A stretch of 32,000 nt of DNA from Corynebacterium glutamicum ATCC 13032. GTDB lineage: Bacteria; Actinomycetota; Actinomycetes; Mycobacteriales; Mycobacteriaceae. Within the stretch, counting starts at the first letter, position 1. Each line of letters opens with the position of its first letter. This document shows positions 17,022 through 25,717 of the stretch, one piece after another. A program made the position numbers and the translations under genes. The notes beneath the pieces were generated by a model. It made no database searches. It was not told where the DNA came from and saw only the letters and a list, made by a program, of their open reading frames with translations. The stretch covers positions 2,430,001 through 2,462,000 of the forward strand of contig NC_003450.3 of assembly GCF_000011325.1 (NCBI RefSeq). The letters are read 5' to 3'.

Positions 17022-18002
17022 ATGTCTATCCCACTTTCACTGATTGATTTTGCCACCATTTTTGAGGGCGAAAGGCCTGGTGACAGCTTCAAACGATCAG
17101 TGGCATTGGCGCAAAAAGCTGAAGGTTTAGGCTTCAAGCGCATTTGGTACGCAGAGCATCACAACATGGAGAGCATTTCTTCAGCTGCTCCTGCAGTGCT
17201 TATTTCTCACATCGGTGCGAACACCAAGACTATTCGTCTGGGTGCCGGCGGCGTCATGCTGCCCAACCACTCCCCATATGTCATCGCTGAGCAGTTCGGC
17301 ACCTTGGCGGAGTTGTACCCAGACCGCATCGACCTCGGCCTGGGCCGTGCCCCTGGCACGGACATGAATACCTTGCGCGCTTTACGACGCGACCCTCAGT
17401 CCGCCGAGAACTTCCCGTCCGACGTTGTCGAGCTGAACTCTTACCTCACCGGCCGTTCCCGTCTCCCAGGGGTTAACGCAATTCCAGGCAAGGGCACCAA
17501 CGTACCGCTGTACATCTTGGGTTCATCCCTCTTTGGTGCACAATTGGCAGCACAGTTGGGTATGCCTTATTCCTTCGCATCCCACTTCGCACCAACTCAC
17601 CTTGAGCACGCGGTGCAAACCTACCGGGATAACTACCAGCCTTCAGAGCAGCATCCTGAGCCTTATGTCATTGCGGCCGTCAATGTCACCGCATCTGATT
17701 CCACTGAACAAGCCCACGATGATTTCTACAAGGTAGCGCGTGCACGCGTGAAGAACATGGCATTGCGTGGCCGACAAGTTACTGATGAGCAACTTGATGA
17801 ACTCATGGATTCACCAGCTGCTCGCCAAATTGTCGACATGCTTCACTACACCGCTATAGGCACTGGATCCGAAGTTAAAGAATACCTAGACGGTTTTGTA
17901 AAGACGGCACAGGCTGATGAACTGATGATCTCCCTGCAATCCCCCAACACTGAAGCAACCACGCGCAATATGGAAATTCTTGCGGATGCGTGGATTAATT
18001 AG
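17022..18002 (+). CDS. Luciferase-like (LLM class) flavin-dependent oxidoreductase, YhbW-like
   Basis: 326 aa. Contains [22 protein letters not shown]...[39 protein letters not shown], typical of the LLM family. SD GAGGAG lies 8 nt upstream. Confidence 0.85.
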   Translation: MSIPLSLIDFATIFEGERPGDSFKRSVALAQKAEGLGFKRIWYAEHHNMESISSAAPAVLISHIGANTKTIRLGAGGVMLPNHSPYVIAEQFGTLAELYPDRIDLGLGRAPGTDMNTLRALRRDPQSAENFPSDVVELNSYLTGRSRLPGVNAIPGKGTNVPLYILGSSLFGAQLAAQLGMPYSFASHFAPTHLEHAVQTYRDNYQPSEQHPEPYVIAAVNVTASDSTEQAHDDFYKVARARVKNMALRGRQVTDEQLDELMDSPAARQIVDMLHYTAIGTGSEVKEYLDGFVKTAQADELMISLQSPNTEATTRNMEILADAWIN

Positions 18003-18094
18003 TACCGATGGGCCGGTAGACAACCCGGGGGTCTGCTATTTAAATTTTCTCCGCTCGTCCTGTCATGATTGTTCGGTTATCTTTTAAAATCAAA

Positions 18095-18139
18095 CAGGCG
18101 TGTCAAAGATTCCATTTTTAGGAATTCTTGGCACGCCTG
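18095..18139 (-). terminator. Long imperfect hairpin (CAGGCGTG...CACGCCTG, about 16 of 19 bp paired, 7-nt loop), T-rich on the minus-strand 3' side; candidate (bidirectional) terminator for ectP and the LLM gene
   Basis: Read directly. On the minus strand the hairpin is followed by TTTGATTTTAAAAG. It is nested in an outer 7-bp inverted repeat, GTTCGGT (18071-18077) / ACCGAAC (18148-18154). Confidence 0.5.
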
Positions 18140-18325
18140 CAAGGTTTACCGAACGTGTGGCTTTAAGCCCTCCTCGCAATATCCCTGTAAAATCGCCCAG
18201 CAGCGCTTCTAGAAGGTGTGACGTTCAGGTTTTCCACAAGGCTGGGTTTTTACCAACGATTCTCTGCCGTCCCACCCCACGCGGGATACTTAAACAGGGT
18301 GGGAGGTGCGTCGAAAAGCAATCGT

Positions 18326-20173
18326 TTAAATATCGTATTCGTCCCTGGACTGGGGCCGAGTTTGCTCGACGATCTTAAAACGAGACCCCATCTCTTGGGC
18401 TTCCTCAGGATCGTCGACCACATCACCAACTACCCCAAGATCACCTTCAATGACTACGTTGCCTGGGATAACAATGTTACCGTCCTCATCATGTTCGAGG
18501 GCAGGCATTGGCAAGGGGTTGCCCTCGTCATCATAGCCCGGGGCTGGTTGGGACGAATGCTCTTCAAGTTTTTCTGGTGTATCAGTCTTTTCCCACTGAC
18601 GAGTCTGCACACGACGAACCGCAGCAGCATCTTCACTCATGCCTTTAAGCAAAGAAAACATCATGACAAATTGCACGAGGAAGAATGGGAAAGCCACGAT
18701 GATAACCACTTCTTGCAGCGTGGCAATACCAGAGGATGGGGAAATGATCAGCAAGGAACCTGCGACCGCCCCAATGGTGCAGGCCCACATCACGCGGTAA
18801 CTAGTCGGTGTTTGATTTTCTGCACCGGTAGCGAACATATCGTTAACTAGCGCTGCGGAATCGATGGAGGTGATAAAGAAAATCACAATAATTACAAGTG
18901 CAAACGCGGAGACAATTCCAGTCAGCGGATACTCTTGCAGCACATTAAAAAGCGCTGCTGGCACGTCACCTTCAACAACAGTTGGCTGGGTCAAGAAACC
19001 TGGGTTACTCAGTTCCACTTCGATGCCTGCACGACCAAAGATAGAGAACCAAACTACGCCAAAGATCGCTGGCAGAGCTAGAACCCCACCGATAAATTCA
19101 CGGACGGTACGTCCACGCGAAATACGCGCCACGAACATGCCGACATATGGCGACCAACAAATAGTCCATGCCCAATAGAACACCGTCCATTTGCCCTGCC
19201 AGCCTGGGTTATCTTGGAAAGAGTCAGTCCAAAACATCAGATTAGGCATCCAGGATGCATAGATTCCGAAGGATTCTACGAGAAAGCGCAGCAATGTGAG
19301 GGTTGGACCAGTGAACAAGATGAAGAACATCAACGCAACGGCCATTGCAATATTAATGTTGGACAGTAACTTAATGCCCTTATCCAAACCGGAAGCAACG
19401 GAAATACATGCAACCGCGGTGATGATCAAGATGATCAAAAGCTGAACCCACGATACTTGCGGGGTGCTCCATAGTTTGTTCATACCTGCATTGATTTGCA
19501 GCACACCAAGACCTACTGACACAGCAATACCAAACGTGGTGCCTACGATGGCCAGTACATCGATGAGCTTGCCGGGTGTGGAATAAATGTGCTTACCCAA
19601 GATCGGAGAAAACACAGAGGATAGACGGGGAGGTAGCTTACGTTTGTAAATAAAGTATCCCAATGATAATCCTGGGAGTGCCATGATTACCCACATGTGA
19701 ATACCGAAGTGATAGAAAGTATAAGCAAAAGCCTGCACAATTGCGGCTTCACTCATGGATTCTTCATTAGCCATTGGCACGTTGAACGCGTGGTTAATCG
19801 GTTCGGCAACACCCCAAAACATTAAGACTGCACCGACACCGCCAGCAAAAAGCATACAGAACCACACGATTAGGGTGTGCTCGGGGTCATCATCGTCATC
19901 ACCAAGTTTTACCCGGCCATACCGGGACGCAAAGATACCCATGAGGAAAATGAAAACCAAGGAGACACCCCCGATATACATCCACCCTAAATTTTCTAAG
20001 AGCCAGCCGGCAATCGCGGAAAAGGTTGTTCGAGCTTTCTCGCCTAGCGCAATTGTGGCGATGACAAACACCACGATAAAACCGACAGAAATGGAAAAAA
20101 TGAACGGGTCTGATTTGAGACCCTTTTTATTTTTCCCTTCAGGCTCGGTCGTGATAGCTATATTTGAGCTCAT
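18326..20173 (-). CDS. ectP: BCCT-family compatible-solute (ectoine/betaine/proline) transporter
   Basis: 615-aa polytopic protein with BCCT signature WTVFYWAWTICWSPYVGMFVARISRGRTVREF and a long acidic C-terminal extension. Length and context match my recollection of C. glutamicum EctP. Confidence 0.88.
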   Translation of the reverse strand: MSSNIAITTEPEGKNKKGLKSDPFIFSISVGFIVVFVIATIALGEKARTTFSAIAGWLLENLGWMYIGGVSLVFIFLMGIFASRYGRVKLGDDDDDPEHTLIVWFCMLFAGGVGAVLMFWGVAEPINHAFNVPMANEESMSEAAIVQAFAYTFYHFGIHMWVIMALPGLSLGYFIYKRKLPPRLSSVFSPILGKHIYSTPGKLIDVLAIVGTTFGIAVSVGLGVLQINAGMNKLWSTPQVSWVQLLIILIITAVACISVASGLDKGIKLLSNINIAMAVALMFFILFTGPTLTLLRFLVESFGIYASWMPNLMFWTDSFQDNPGWQGKWTVFYWAWTICWSPYVGMFVARISRGRTVREFIGGVLALPAIFGVVWFSIFGRAGIEVELSNPGFLTQPTVVEGDVPAALFNVLQEYPLTGIVSAFALVIIVIFFITSIDSAALVNDMFATGAENQTPTSYRVMWACTIGAVAGSLLIISPSSGIATLQEVVIIVAFPFFLVQFVMMFSLLKGMSEDAAAVRRVQTRQWEKTDTPEKLEEHSSQPAPGYDDEGNPLPMPALEHDEDGNIVIPGNVVIEGDLGVVGDVVDDPEEAQEMGSRFKIVEQTRPQSRDEYDI

Positions 20174-20320
20174 CTCATTCTTCCAATCAGTGGATAACTA
20201 CGAATCTGAAAGAGTACCGAGAAATTCCCAGATTCTCACCTTCATGAAGAATTTTAACCAGAACTTGTCTAAAGTCTTACCCTGGAATATTTGGGAGCAT
20301 GATCAGTTATCACAGTGAAA

Positions 20321-20845
20321 TCAAAGTCGCCCCAAGCGATCCAAATTTAACTCAGGTTTTTCACTTAACAAAATCTCCGCCAACTCAAACGGCTGTGGTT
20401 GTGCACCGGACGGAAAATTAACAATATATGGTTGTACCGAATGTACACCTGTCACATTTGCACGTTCCTTGATGTGGTGAGGCAGTAGCGCCATATACGA
20501 ACCTGATTTCAGGTCTGACCATAATTGCACTGTATCTAATTCTTCTATAGCAAAGCTTATGCCACTGCCGGGGATCCGCACCTGATCATCAACGATTAAT
20601 ACTGCTTGTCGACGCCGCCCCCACACCACGCACATAGACCCGATGGCGGCCACAATGCCGCAGCCCGGCAGCGTAGCTGCCACCAAATAAAGGGTATGCA
20701 TGGTTCCTTCAGCGCTTTGGAGAGCGATGAGGAAAAACAGCAGAAAAGGCGCGCACATGAGCACAAAAAGGATGCACGTAAACATCGCTTTAGATCTCAT
20801 CAGCGCCGGCACACCGGTGCGCACTTTGACTGCATTCATGACCAC
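20321..20845 (-). CDS. Membrane protein with 2-3 N-terminal TM helices and a C-terminal soluble domain of about 95 aa (possibly a bacterial PH-like domain); function unknown
   Basis: 174-aa ORF 11 nt downstream of the AEC permease gene on the same strand. The start is either GTG 20845 or ATG 20839. Confidence 0.6.
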   Translation of the reverse strand: MVMNAVKVRTGVPALMRSKAMFTCILFVLMCAPFLLFFLIALQSAEGTMHTLYLVAATLPGCGIVAAIGSMCVVWGRRRQAVLIVDDQVRIPGSGISFAIEELDTVQLWSDLKSGSYMALLPHHIKERANVTGVHSVQPYIVNFPSGAQPQPFELAEILLSEKPELNLDRLGRL

Positions 20846-20856
20846 TAATGCTAACC

Positions 20857-21786
20857 CTAAGATCCAAAGATAATGGAGACCGCCACCAATACGGGGAAGG
20901 AAATGAGTGTGGTGACCACCCCTGTGTCTCTCGCCATCGATTCAGCTGTTCTAAATCGCAACGCGTAGGTGTAGACATTCTGCGCTGTTGGCAGTGCACC
21001 GAGAATCACCGCCGACAACAAGGCAGTACCTTCCATACCAAAGGCTAAGGCTAAAAGTCCCGCAACAATTGGGTGCAGAACATTCTTGAACAGTGCCGCC
21101 GTAAACACATCGCGCCTGGATACCTGCCCCTTTTCCAGGATCTTGCTCTTGGACAAGGACAGTCCGAACACCACCAAAGCCAGTGGCACTGAAGCATTCG
21201 CCAACATTTCCACTGGCTGAGCAATCACCACGGGCACGCTCATCGAAGTCAAAGACACAGCAATACCGGCAATCGCTGCGAGCACCATGGTGTTGGTTAG
21301 TGGCGTGACCAGGAGGTTGCGCACCAAGTTGGTGGATTTCTTGTTGGTCAGCATCTCCATGATGGTCATGGTGATCGGTGCGTAGAACGCCACCTGGAAC
21401 AAAATCACGGGAATCACCACGGTGAAATCATCCAAAATATAGGCTGCCAAAGGGATACCCAGGTTACCGGCGTTGGCGTAGGACGCAGCTAGCATGCCGA
21501 TCACCGATACTGCGGCAGTTCTTTTGATCACGAACCGCATGAGTAGGAAAAACAGGAAACCTACGATCAACGCAGAGAGTGCAATGACCACGAAGTTCAG
21601 AGAGAAAATCGTCGAGGTATCTGACTTGGTGACCCGATCAAACAACAACGCTGGGGTGGCCACGTAATAGACAAACAGGCTCAAAGGTTTCTGGGCATGT
21701 GTGCCCAAGGTGTCTCTTCTACCGAGAATCCAACCTATTCCGATGACGATGAACACCACCGTGAAACCCATGAGCACCTGTTGCAT
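20857..21786 (-). CDS. AEC (auxin efflux carrier / MdcF-like) family permease
   Basis: 309-aa protein with about 10 TM helices. The N-terminus MQQVLMGFTVVFIVIGIGWILGRR and overall layout are typical of the AEC family. There is a 5-nt gap after the upstream dehydrogenase gene. Confidence 0.8.
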   Translation of the reverse strand: MQQVLMGFTVVFIVIGIGWILGRRDTLGTHAQKPLSLFVYYVATPALLFDRVTKSDTSTIFSLNFVVIALSALIVGFLFFLLMRFVIKRTAAVSVIGMLAASYANAGNLGIPLAAYILDDFTVVIPVILFQVAFYAPITMTIMEMLTNKKSTNLVRNLLVTPLTNTMVLAAIAGIAVSLTSMSVPVVIAQPVEMLANASVPLALVVFGLSLSKSKILEKGQVSRRDVFTAALFKNVLHPIVAGLLALAFGMEGTALLSAVILGALPTAQNVYTYALRFRTAESMARDTGVVTTLISFPVLVAVSIIFGS

Positions 21787-21791
21787 GATCG

Positions 21792-24638
21792 TTATTGTGC
21801 CATGTTGTTTTGCTCCAAGATGCTTAAGACCACCTCTGCAAGGTGCGTTGCTTGTTTTCCGGTGCCTTGTTCGATCTGGGTGCGGCAGGAGAAACCGTCA
21901 GCAATCACATGTCCTTCTGCTTTTCTGACCTTGGGGAACAGCTCTCGTTCACCAAGTGCGAAGGACATTTCAGCGTGGTCTTTTTCAAAGCCCCAGTTTC
22001 CGGCAAGCCCGCAACAACCAGTGGCAATTTGTTCATCTTTTACACCCAAAGCTTCAAGAACGAGTGCCGATTGTTGTGGGTCGCCTAGCGAACGCTCGTG
22101 GCAGTGCACCTGGGTAAGCGCAGTTGATTCTGTTAGCTGGAGGCTTCCAGACTCGACTAGCTCGGTGATCTTTGGTGCGATGACCTCAGCGAATGGTTTG
22201 GTCAGTGCTGCAAGGCGTGCCAGATCAGGGTTATCGGAGAGTTCTGTTGCCTCATCTTGAAGCATGACGGTGCACGAAGGTTCCAAACCAACGACTGTTA
22301 GACCTTGGTCCAGGTAGGGTTTCATCACTTTCGCCGTTTGTTCTAGGACTTTCTTTGTCATGCTCAATTGGCCGGTGGAATGCCAGGTGAGTCCACAGCA
22401 GACGAAGCCATCTGGGATGACCACGTTGTAACCGAGGGCTTCAAGAGTTTTGATCGCTGCGTGAGCTGGTCCGGTGTCGAGGTTGGTGTTGAAGGAATCG
22501 GGCCACAGCACCACCGTTTCACCTGAGTTTTTCTTCGGCTTGTACTTGCGCAGCGAGCGGTGGGCGAAGGAAATCAACGGGCGATCAGCGAGCCCGCCGA
22601 CCTTGCGCACCACTGGGGCGGTGAGTGCTGACTGCATGGTGGCGTCGATAAGCGTAGGAAGAAGCGGTATTTTATGGGCAACGTGTCCCAGAAGCGGCAG
22701 CCAGCCCATGACGTAATGGGCCATGGGGCGAAGTCGGCCGGCGTAGTGTTTGTCCAGGAATTCGGCTTTGTAGGTGGACATGTCGACGTTGACTGGACAT
22801 TCCGATGCGCATGCTTTGCAGGAAAGGCACAGGTCAAGGGCTTCATTGACTTCTTCGCTGCGGTAGCCGTCGGCGATGGATTCACCGCGGAACATCTCAG
22901 AGAGCAAGCGGGCGCGGCCTCTGGTGGAATGTACTTCGTCGCCGGTGATTTGGAAGGACGGGCACATCGCGTCGGATTCTGAGCGGCATGCGGATACACC
23001 CACGCAGCGATTCACCGCGTTGATCATGGAACCTTTGTCTTTAGAGAATTTGTGTACGGGCGTGATGTCGAGGGCGCGCTGGCCCGGGTCCATGCGAAGT
23101 CCTTGCATGACAGGATCTGCCCAGACCAACACTCCCGGATTGAAGATGCGCTGGGGATCGAAAATCAGCTTGAATTCTTCGAAGAGTGCACGCATTTCTG
23201 CTGAATACATGCGGTCAAGGAAGGATGAGCGGGCGCGACCGTCTCCATGCTCGCCCGAGAGGCTGCCACCATAAGACGCCACCAAGGTGGAGGCTTCATT
23301 CATGAACGCCTCGAATTTCTTCAGGCCTTCCTTGGTAGAGAAATCAAAACTGATGCGAACGTGGACGCAGCCTTCTCCAAAGTGTCCAAATGGAATACCC
23401 TGGTAATCGAACTTATCCATCAGCGCATAAAGATCGCGGAGATAATCAGCTAAATTCTCTGGAGGCACCGCCGAGTCTTCCCAATTCGGCCACGCTTCCC
23501 CACCATCAGCTAAGCGCGTGACAATGCCCGCCGAGGATTCACGGATGCGCCACAATTCCCGCATTTCAGAAGGCTCAGACACGACCACGTAATCAATGGT
23601 GTCAACGGCGGTTGCGACTTCCTCGGCGGCTTGTACCGCGGCCTGCAGGGTGTCACTTCCTGTCTCGCAGTACAACCATCCGCCGGCTTCAATGCCGATG
23701 CGGTTTCCTGGAAGATTCTGCCCAGCTTCTGATTGTCCCTGTTTACTGCGCAGCGCAGCGAGGAGATCTCCGCCCATGCCTTCAATGGTTGCTACCCCAG
23801 GCAGTCGCAATTTGGCGGCTGCTCGGGCGGCGTCAAAAACCGTGTCGAAAGCCAGGACAGCAAGCGCTTTCACTTTGGGTGTTGGAACCAACTTCACCGT
23901 CAACCGAGTAATGATTCCAATGGTTCCCTCGGTGCCCGCCATTGCTTTGGCCATGTCGTGGGCAAGATAATGCAAACCGTAGCCCGACACTTGGCGAGGG
24001 AAACGACCCAGTTCTTTACTAATAAGGTCCTGATTCTTGGACGCTAAGTCGGTGAGCTTCTGATTGATCTCAGCATCATCGCAGCCATCTTTTGTCACAG
24101 TGACTTCTCGGCCATCGCTGAGCATGAGCGTGACATCCACGAGATTTTCCGCAGCTGTACCGAATGCAACCGAGTGTGAACCACACGCATTGTTGGCAAC
24201 CATGCCACCGATCGTGCACCGGGAATGCGTGGAAGGATCCGGGCCGTAAGTTAATCCGAATTCTGCGGCTGCATCGCGCAAGGCATCACACACCACACCG
24301 GGTTCCACAACTGCAGTTTGTGCAACTGGATCAATATCTAAAATGCGGTTGAAATAGCGTGACGTATCGATGATCAAACCTTCACCGATCGCATTTCCAG
24401 CAACCGAGCTTCCTCCACCGCGCCCAACAACAGACCACCCTCGTGCCACCGCAACAGCAATGGCATCACGAATTTGTTCCACATTTTCTGGTTCAGCTAC
24501 AGCTGCAGGGACGCGTCTAAAAATTCCTGCATCAGAAGAATATGCTGCACGGGTTGTCATATCCGTGCGCAGCTTCGCGCGAGAATGCTGGCTAAATACT
24601 TCTGGGTCGAGTCTGTTGAATTTGATGGTGTGAGTCAT
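21792..24638 (-). CDS. Fused FAD-linked oxidase (GlcD-like) plus 4Fe-4S/CCG-domain (GlcF/LutA-like) dehydrogenase, YdiJ-type architecture; probable 2-hydroxyacid (D-lactate/glycolate/D-2-hydroxyglutarate-type) dehydrogenase
   Basis: 948 aa. The N-terminal PCMH-type FAD-binding region is VVGRGGGSSVAGNAIG. There is a ferredoxin-like motif CLSCKACASECP, a second Cys cluster CVGVSACRSESDAMCP, and two CCG motifs (CCGLTWH, CCGLAGNWGF). SD AAGGA lies 6 nt upstream. Confidence 0.85.
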   Translation of the reverse strand: MTHTIKFNRLDPEVFSQHSRAKLRTDMTTRAAYSSDAGIFRRVPAAVAEPENVEQIRDAIAVAVARGWSVVGRGGGSSVAGNAIGEGLIIDTSRYFNRILDIDPVAQTAVVEPGVVCDALRDAAAEFGLTYGPDPSTHSRCTIGGMVANNACGSHSVAFGTAAENLVDVTLMLSDGREVTVTKDGCDDAEINQKLTDLASKNQDLISKELGRFPRQVSGYGLHYLAHDMAKAMAGTEGTIGIITRLTVKLVPTPKVKALAVLAFDTVFDAARAAAKLRLPGVATIEGMGGDLLAALRSKQGQSEAGQNLPGNRIGIEAGGWLYCETGSDTLQAAVQAAEEVATAVDTIDYVVVSEPSEMRELWRIRESSAGIVTRLADGGEAWPNWEDSAVPPENLADYLRDLYALMDKFDYQGIPFGHFGEGCVHVRISFDFSTKEGLKKFEAFMNEASTLVASYGGSLSGEHGDGRARSSFLDRMYSAEMRALFEEFKLIFDPQRIFNPGVLVWADPVMQGLRMDPGQRALDITPVHKFSKDKGSMINAVNRCVGVSACRSESDAMCPSFQITGDEVHSTRGRARLLSEMFRGESIADGYRSEEVNEALDLCLSCKACASECPVNVDMSTYKAEFLDKHYAGRLRPMAHYVMGWLPLLGHVAHKIPLLPTLIDATMQSALTAPVVRKVGGLADRPLISFAHRSLRKYKPKKNSGETVVLWPDSFNTNLDTGPAHAAIKTLEALGYNVVIPDGFVCCGLTWHSTGQLSMTKKVLEQTAKVMKPYLDQGLTVVGLEPSCTVMLQDEATELSDNPDLARLAALTKPFAEVIAPKITELVESGSLQLTESTALTQVHCHERSLGDPQQSALVLEALGVKDEQIATGCCGLAGNWGFEKDHAEMSFALGERELFPKVRKAEGHVIADGFSCRTQIEQGTGKQATHLAEVVLSILEQNNMAQ

Positions 24639-24678
24639 GGTGGGTCCTTTTGTGAAATTCGATCCAAGCGGGCTTTGA

Positions 24679-24690
24679 GTAACATGTTAC
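24679..24690. promoter_or_regulatory. Perfect 12-bp palindrome GTAACATGTTAC in the divergent dehydrogenase/gntR intergenic region; candidate GntR-family operator
   Basis: Read directly. It fits the GT-Nx-AC logic of GntR operators. A copy matching at 11 of 12 positions lies at 27098-27109. Confidence 0.5.
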
Positions 24691-24712
24691 CGGTTACTGT
24701 GGTGAATTGTGC

Positions 24713-24718
24713 GATAAT
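24713..24718 (+). promoter_or_regulatory. Candidate -10 hexamer GATAAT, 7 nt upstream of the ATG at 24726 (preferred gntR start)
   Basis: 5 of 6 match to TATAAT, with no SD and leaderless geometry. Confidence 0.35.
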
Positions 24719-24725
24719 GTCAGAC

Positions 24726-25439
24726 ATGCCAACAAAAAGGGTTGCCCCCGCACGCTCACTCACCGACCAAGTCATGGATTTCGTCCGCGAATCCACCCTT
24801 GATAAAACAATGGTCACCGGAGAGTGGTACAGCGTTTACCAGGTCAGCGACCAATTAGGCATTTCCCGCTCCCCCGTCAGAGACGCGCTGCTCCGCCTGG
24901 AAGAAGCAGGGCTCATCCGCTTCACCAGGAACCGCGGATTCCAAATTGTCGAAACCAAACCCTCTGATGTCGCCGAAATTTTTGCCCTTCGTCTAGGCAT
25001 TGAACCCGCCGCAGCATACCGGGCAGCACAGCTACGCACCGAAGAACAGCTCCACGAAGCAGATGACATCATTGCACTCATGGCGCAAGCCGAGGCCGAC
25101 AATGACGAAGAAGCATTTTTCACCCATGACCGGCAGTTTCACCGACAAATTATGACCATGGGACACTCCCAACGCGGGGCTGACCTGGTAGAAAAACTAC
25201 GCGCACACACCCGTATCCTCGGTGCTTCTACTGCCGGGAACAAACGCACCCTTGGCGATATTTTGGAAGAACACGAACCAATCTTGGATGCCATCAAACG
25301 ACAATCAGCAGAAATGGCACGAGCCACCATGCGGGAGCATATCCAAGTCACCGGAAAGCTACTACTAGAACAAGCAGTGGAAAAATCCGGCGAAGGAGCT
25401 GCTCAGAAGATTTGGGATCAGTACACGGCGGGAGTTTAG
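24726..25439 (+). CDS. GntR-family transcriptional regulator (FadR/FCD subfamily)
   Basis: Winged-HTH region YQVSDQLGISRSPVRDALLRLEEAGLIRFTRNRGFQIV followed by an all-helical FCD-type C-terminal domain. Alternative start at ATG 24717. The 321-aa ORF from 24474 runs antisense into the dehydrogenase gene and is rejected. Confidence 0.85.
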   Translation: MPTKRVAPARSLTDQVMDFVRESTLDKTMVTGEWYSVYQVSDQLGISRSPVRDALLRLEEAGLIRFTRNRGFQIVETKPSDVAEIFALRLGIEPAAAYRAAQLRTEEQLHEADDIIALMAQAEADNDEEAFFTHDRQFHRQIMTMGHSQRGADLVEKLRAHTRILGASTAGNKRTLGDILEEHEPILDAIKRQSAEMARATMREHIQVTGKLLLEQAVEKSGEGAAQKIWDQYTAGV

Positions 25440-25449
25440 GCATATTTAC

Positions 25450-25707
25450 CTAATCAATTTCATGCTGAACAGTATCGGAGCCAGTTGGACGGCCGGGCCG
25501 GTACCTCAACACAAATGCGCACACTGCACAAAGTGTCGCGGAGCCAAACGCCCACGGAGCAATATTCCGAGTGGCACCAGTAACTAGGTCTTCACTCAGC
25601 AAGATCACTCCCACTGTTTGAACACCGACAATAAGGGTGCCACCAATGAGGAAAGCCACTAGAAATACGGCAAACAGAACACTAAATAGTTTGAAAATTG
25701 AGTTCAT
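25450..25707 (-). CDS. Small (85 aa) 2-TM membrane protein co-transcribed after the DctM-like permease; possible accessory subunit
   Basis: MNSIFKLFSVLFAVFLVAFLIGGTLIVGV... SD AAAGGGG lies 5 nt upstream of the ATG at 25707, which is 10 nt after the permease stop codon. Confidence 0.6.
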   Translation of the reverse strand: MNSIFKLFSVLFAVFLVAFLIGGTLIVGVQTVGVILLSEDLVTGATRNIAPWAFGSATLCAVCAFVLRYRPGRPTGSDTVQHEID

Positions 25708-25717
25708 TTTTACCCCT

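Noticed and set aside
18100-18850. Plus-strand ORFs of 92 aa (18100-18378) and 210 aa (18218-18850)
   Set aside because: The 210-aa ORF is largely antisense to the ectP 3' region. Both have non-protein-like composition and no RBS or -10 geometry. The hairpins in the region are better explained as terminator or UTR structure.
20174-20320. TGTGATAACTGATCA-like sequence (minus strand) in the ectP upstream region as a possible GlxR site
   Set aside because: The right half-site is poor and the spacing is wrong. It is likely a chance match.
24474-24725. 5' extension of the GntR ORF (321-aa version starting at 24474)
   Set aside because: The extension runs antisense through the first 165 nt of the dehydrogenase gene and across the operator and promoter. 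Its peptide is Cys/Arg-rich and not protein-like. The HTH domain begins right after ATG 24717/24726.
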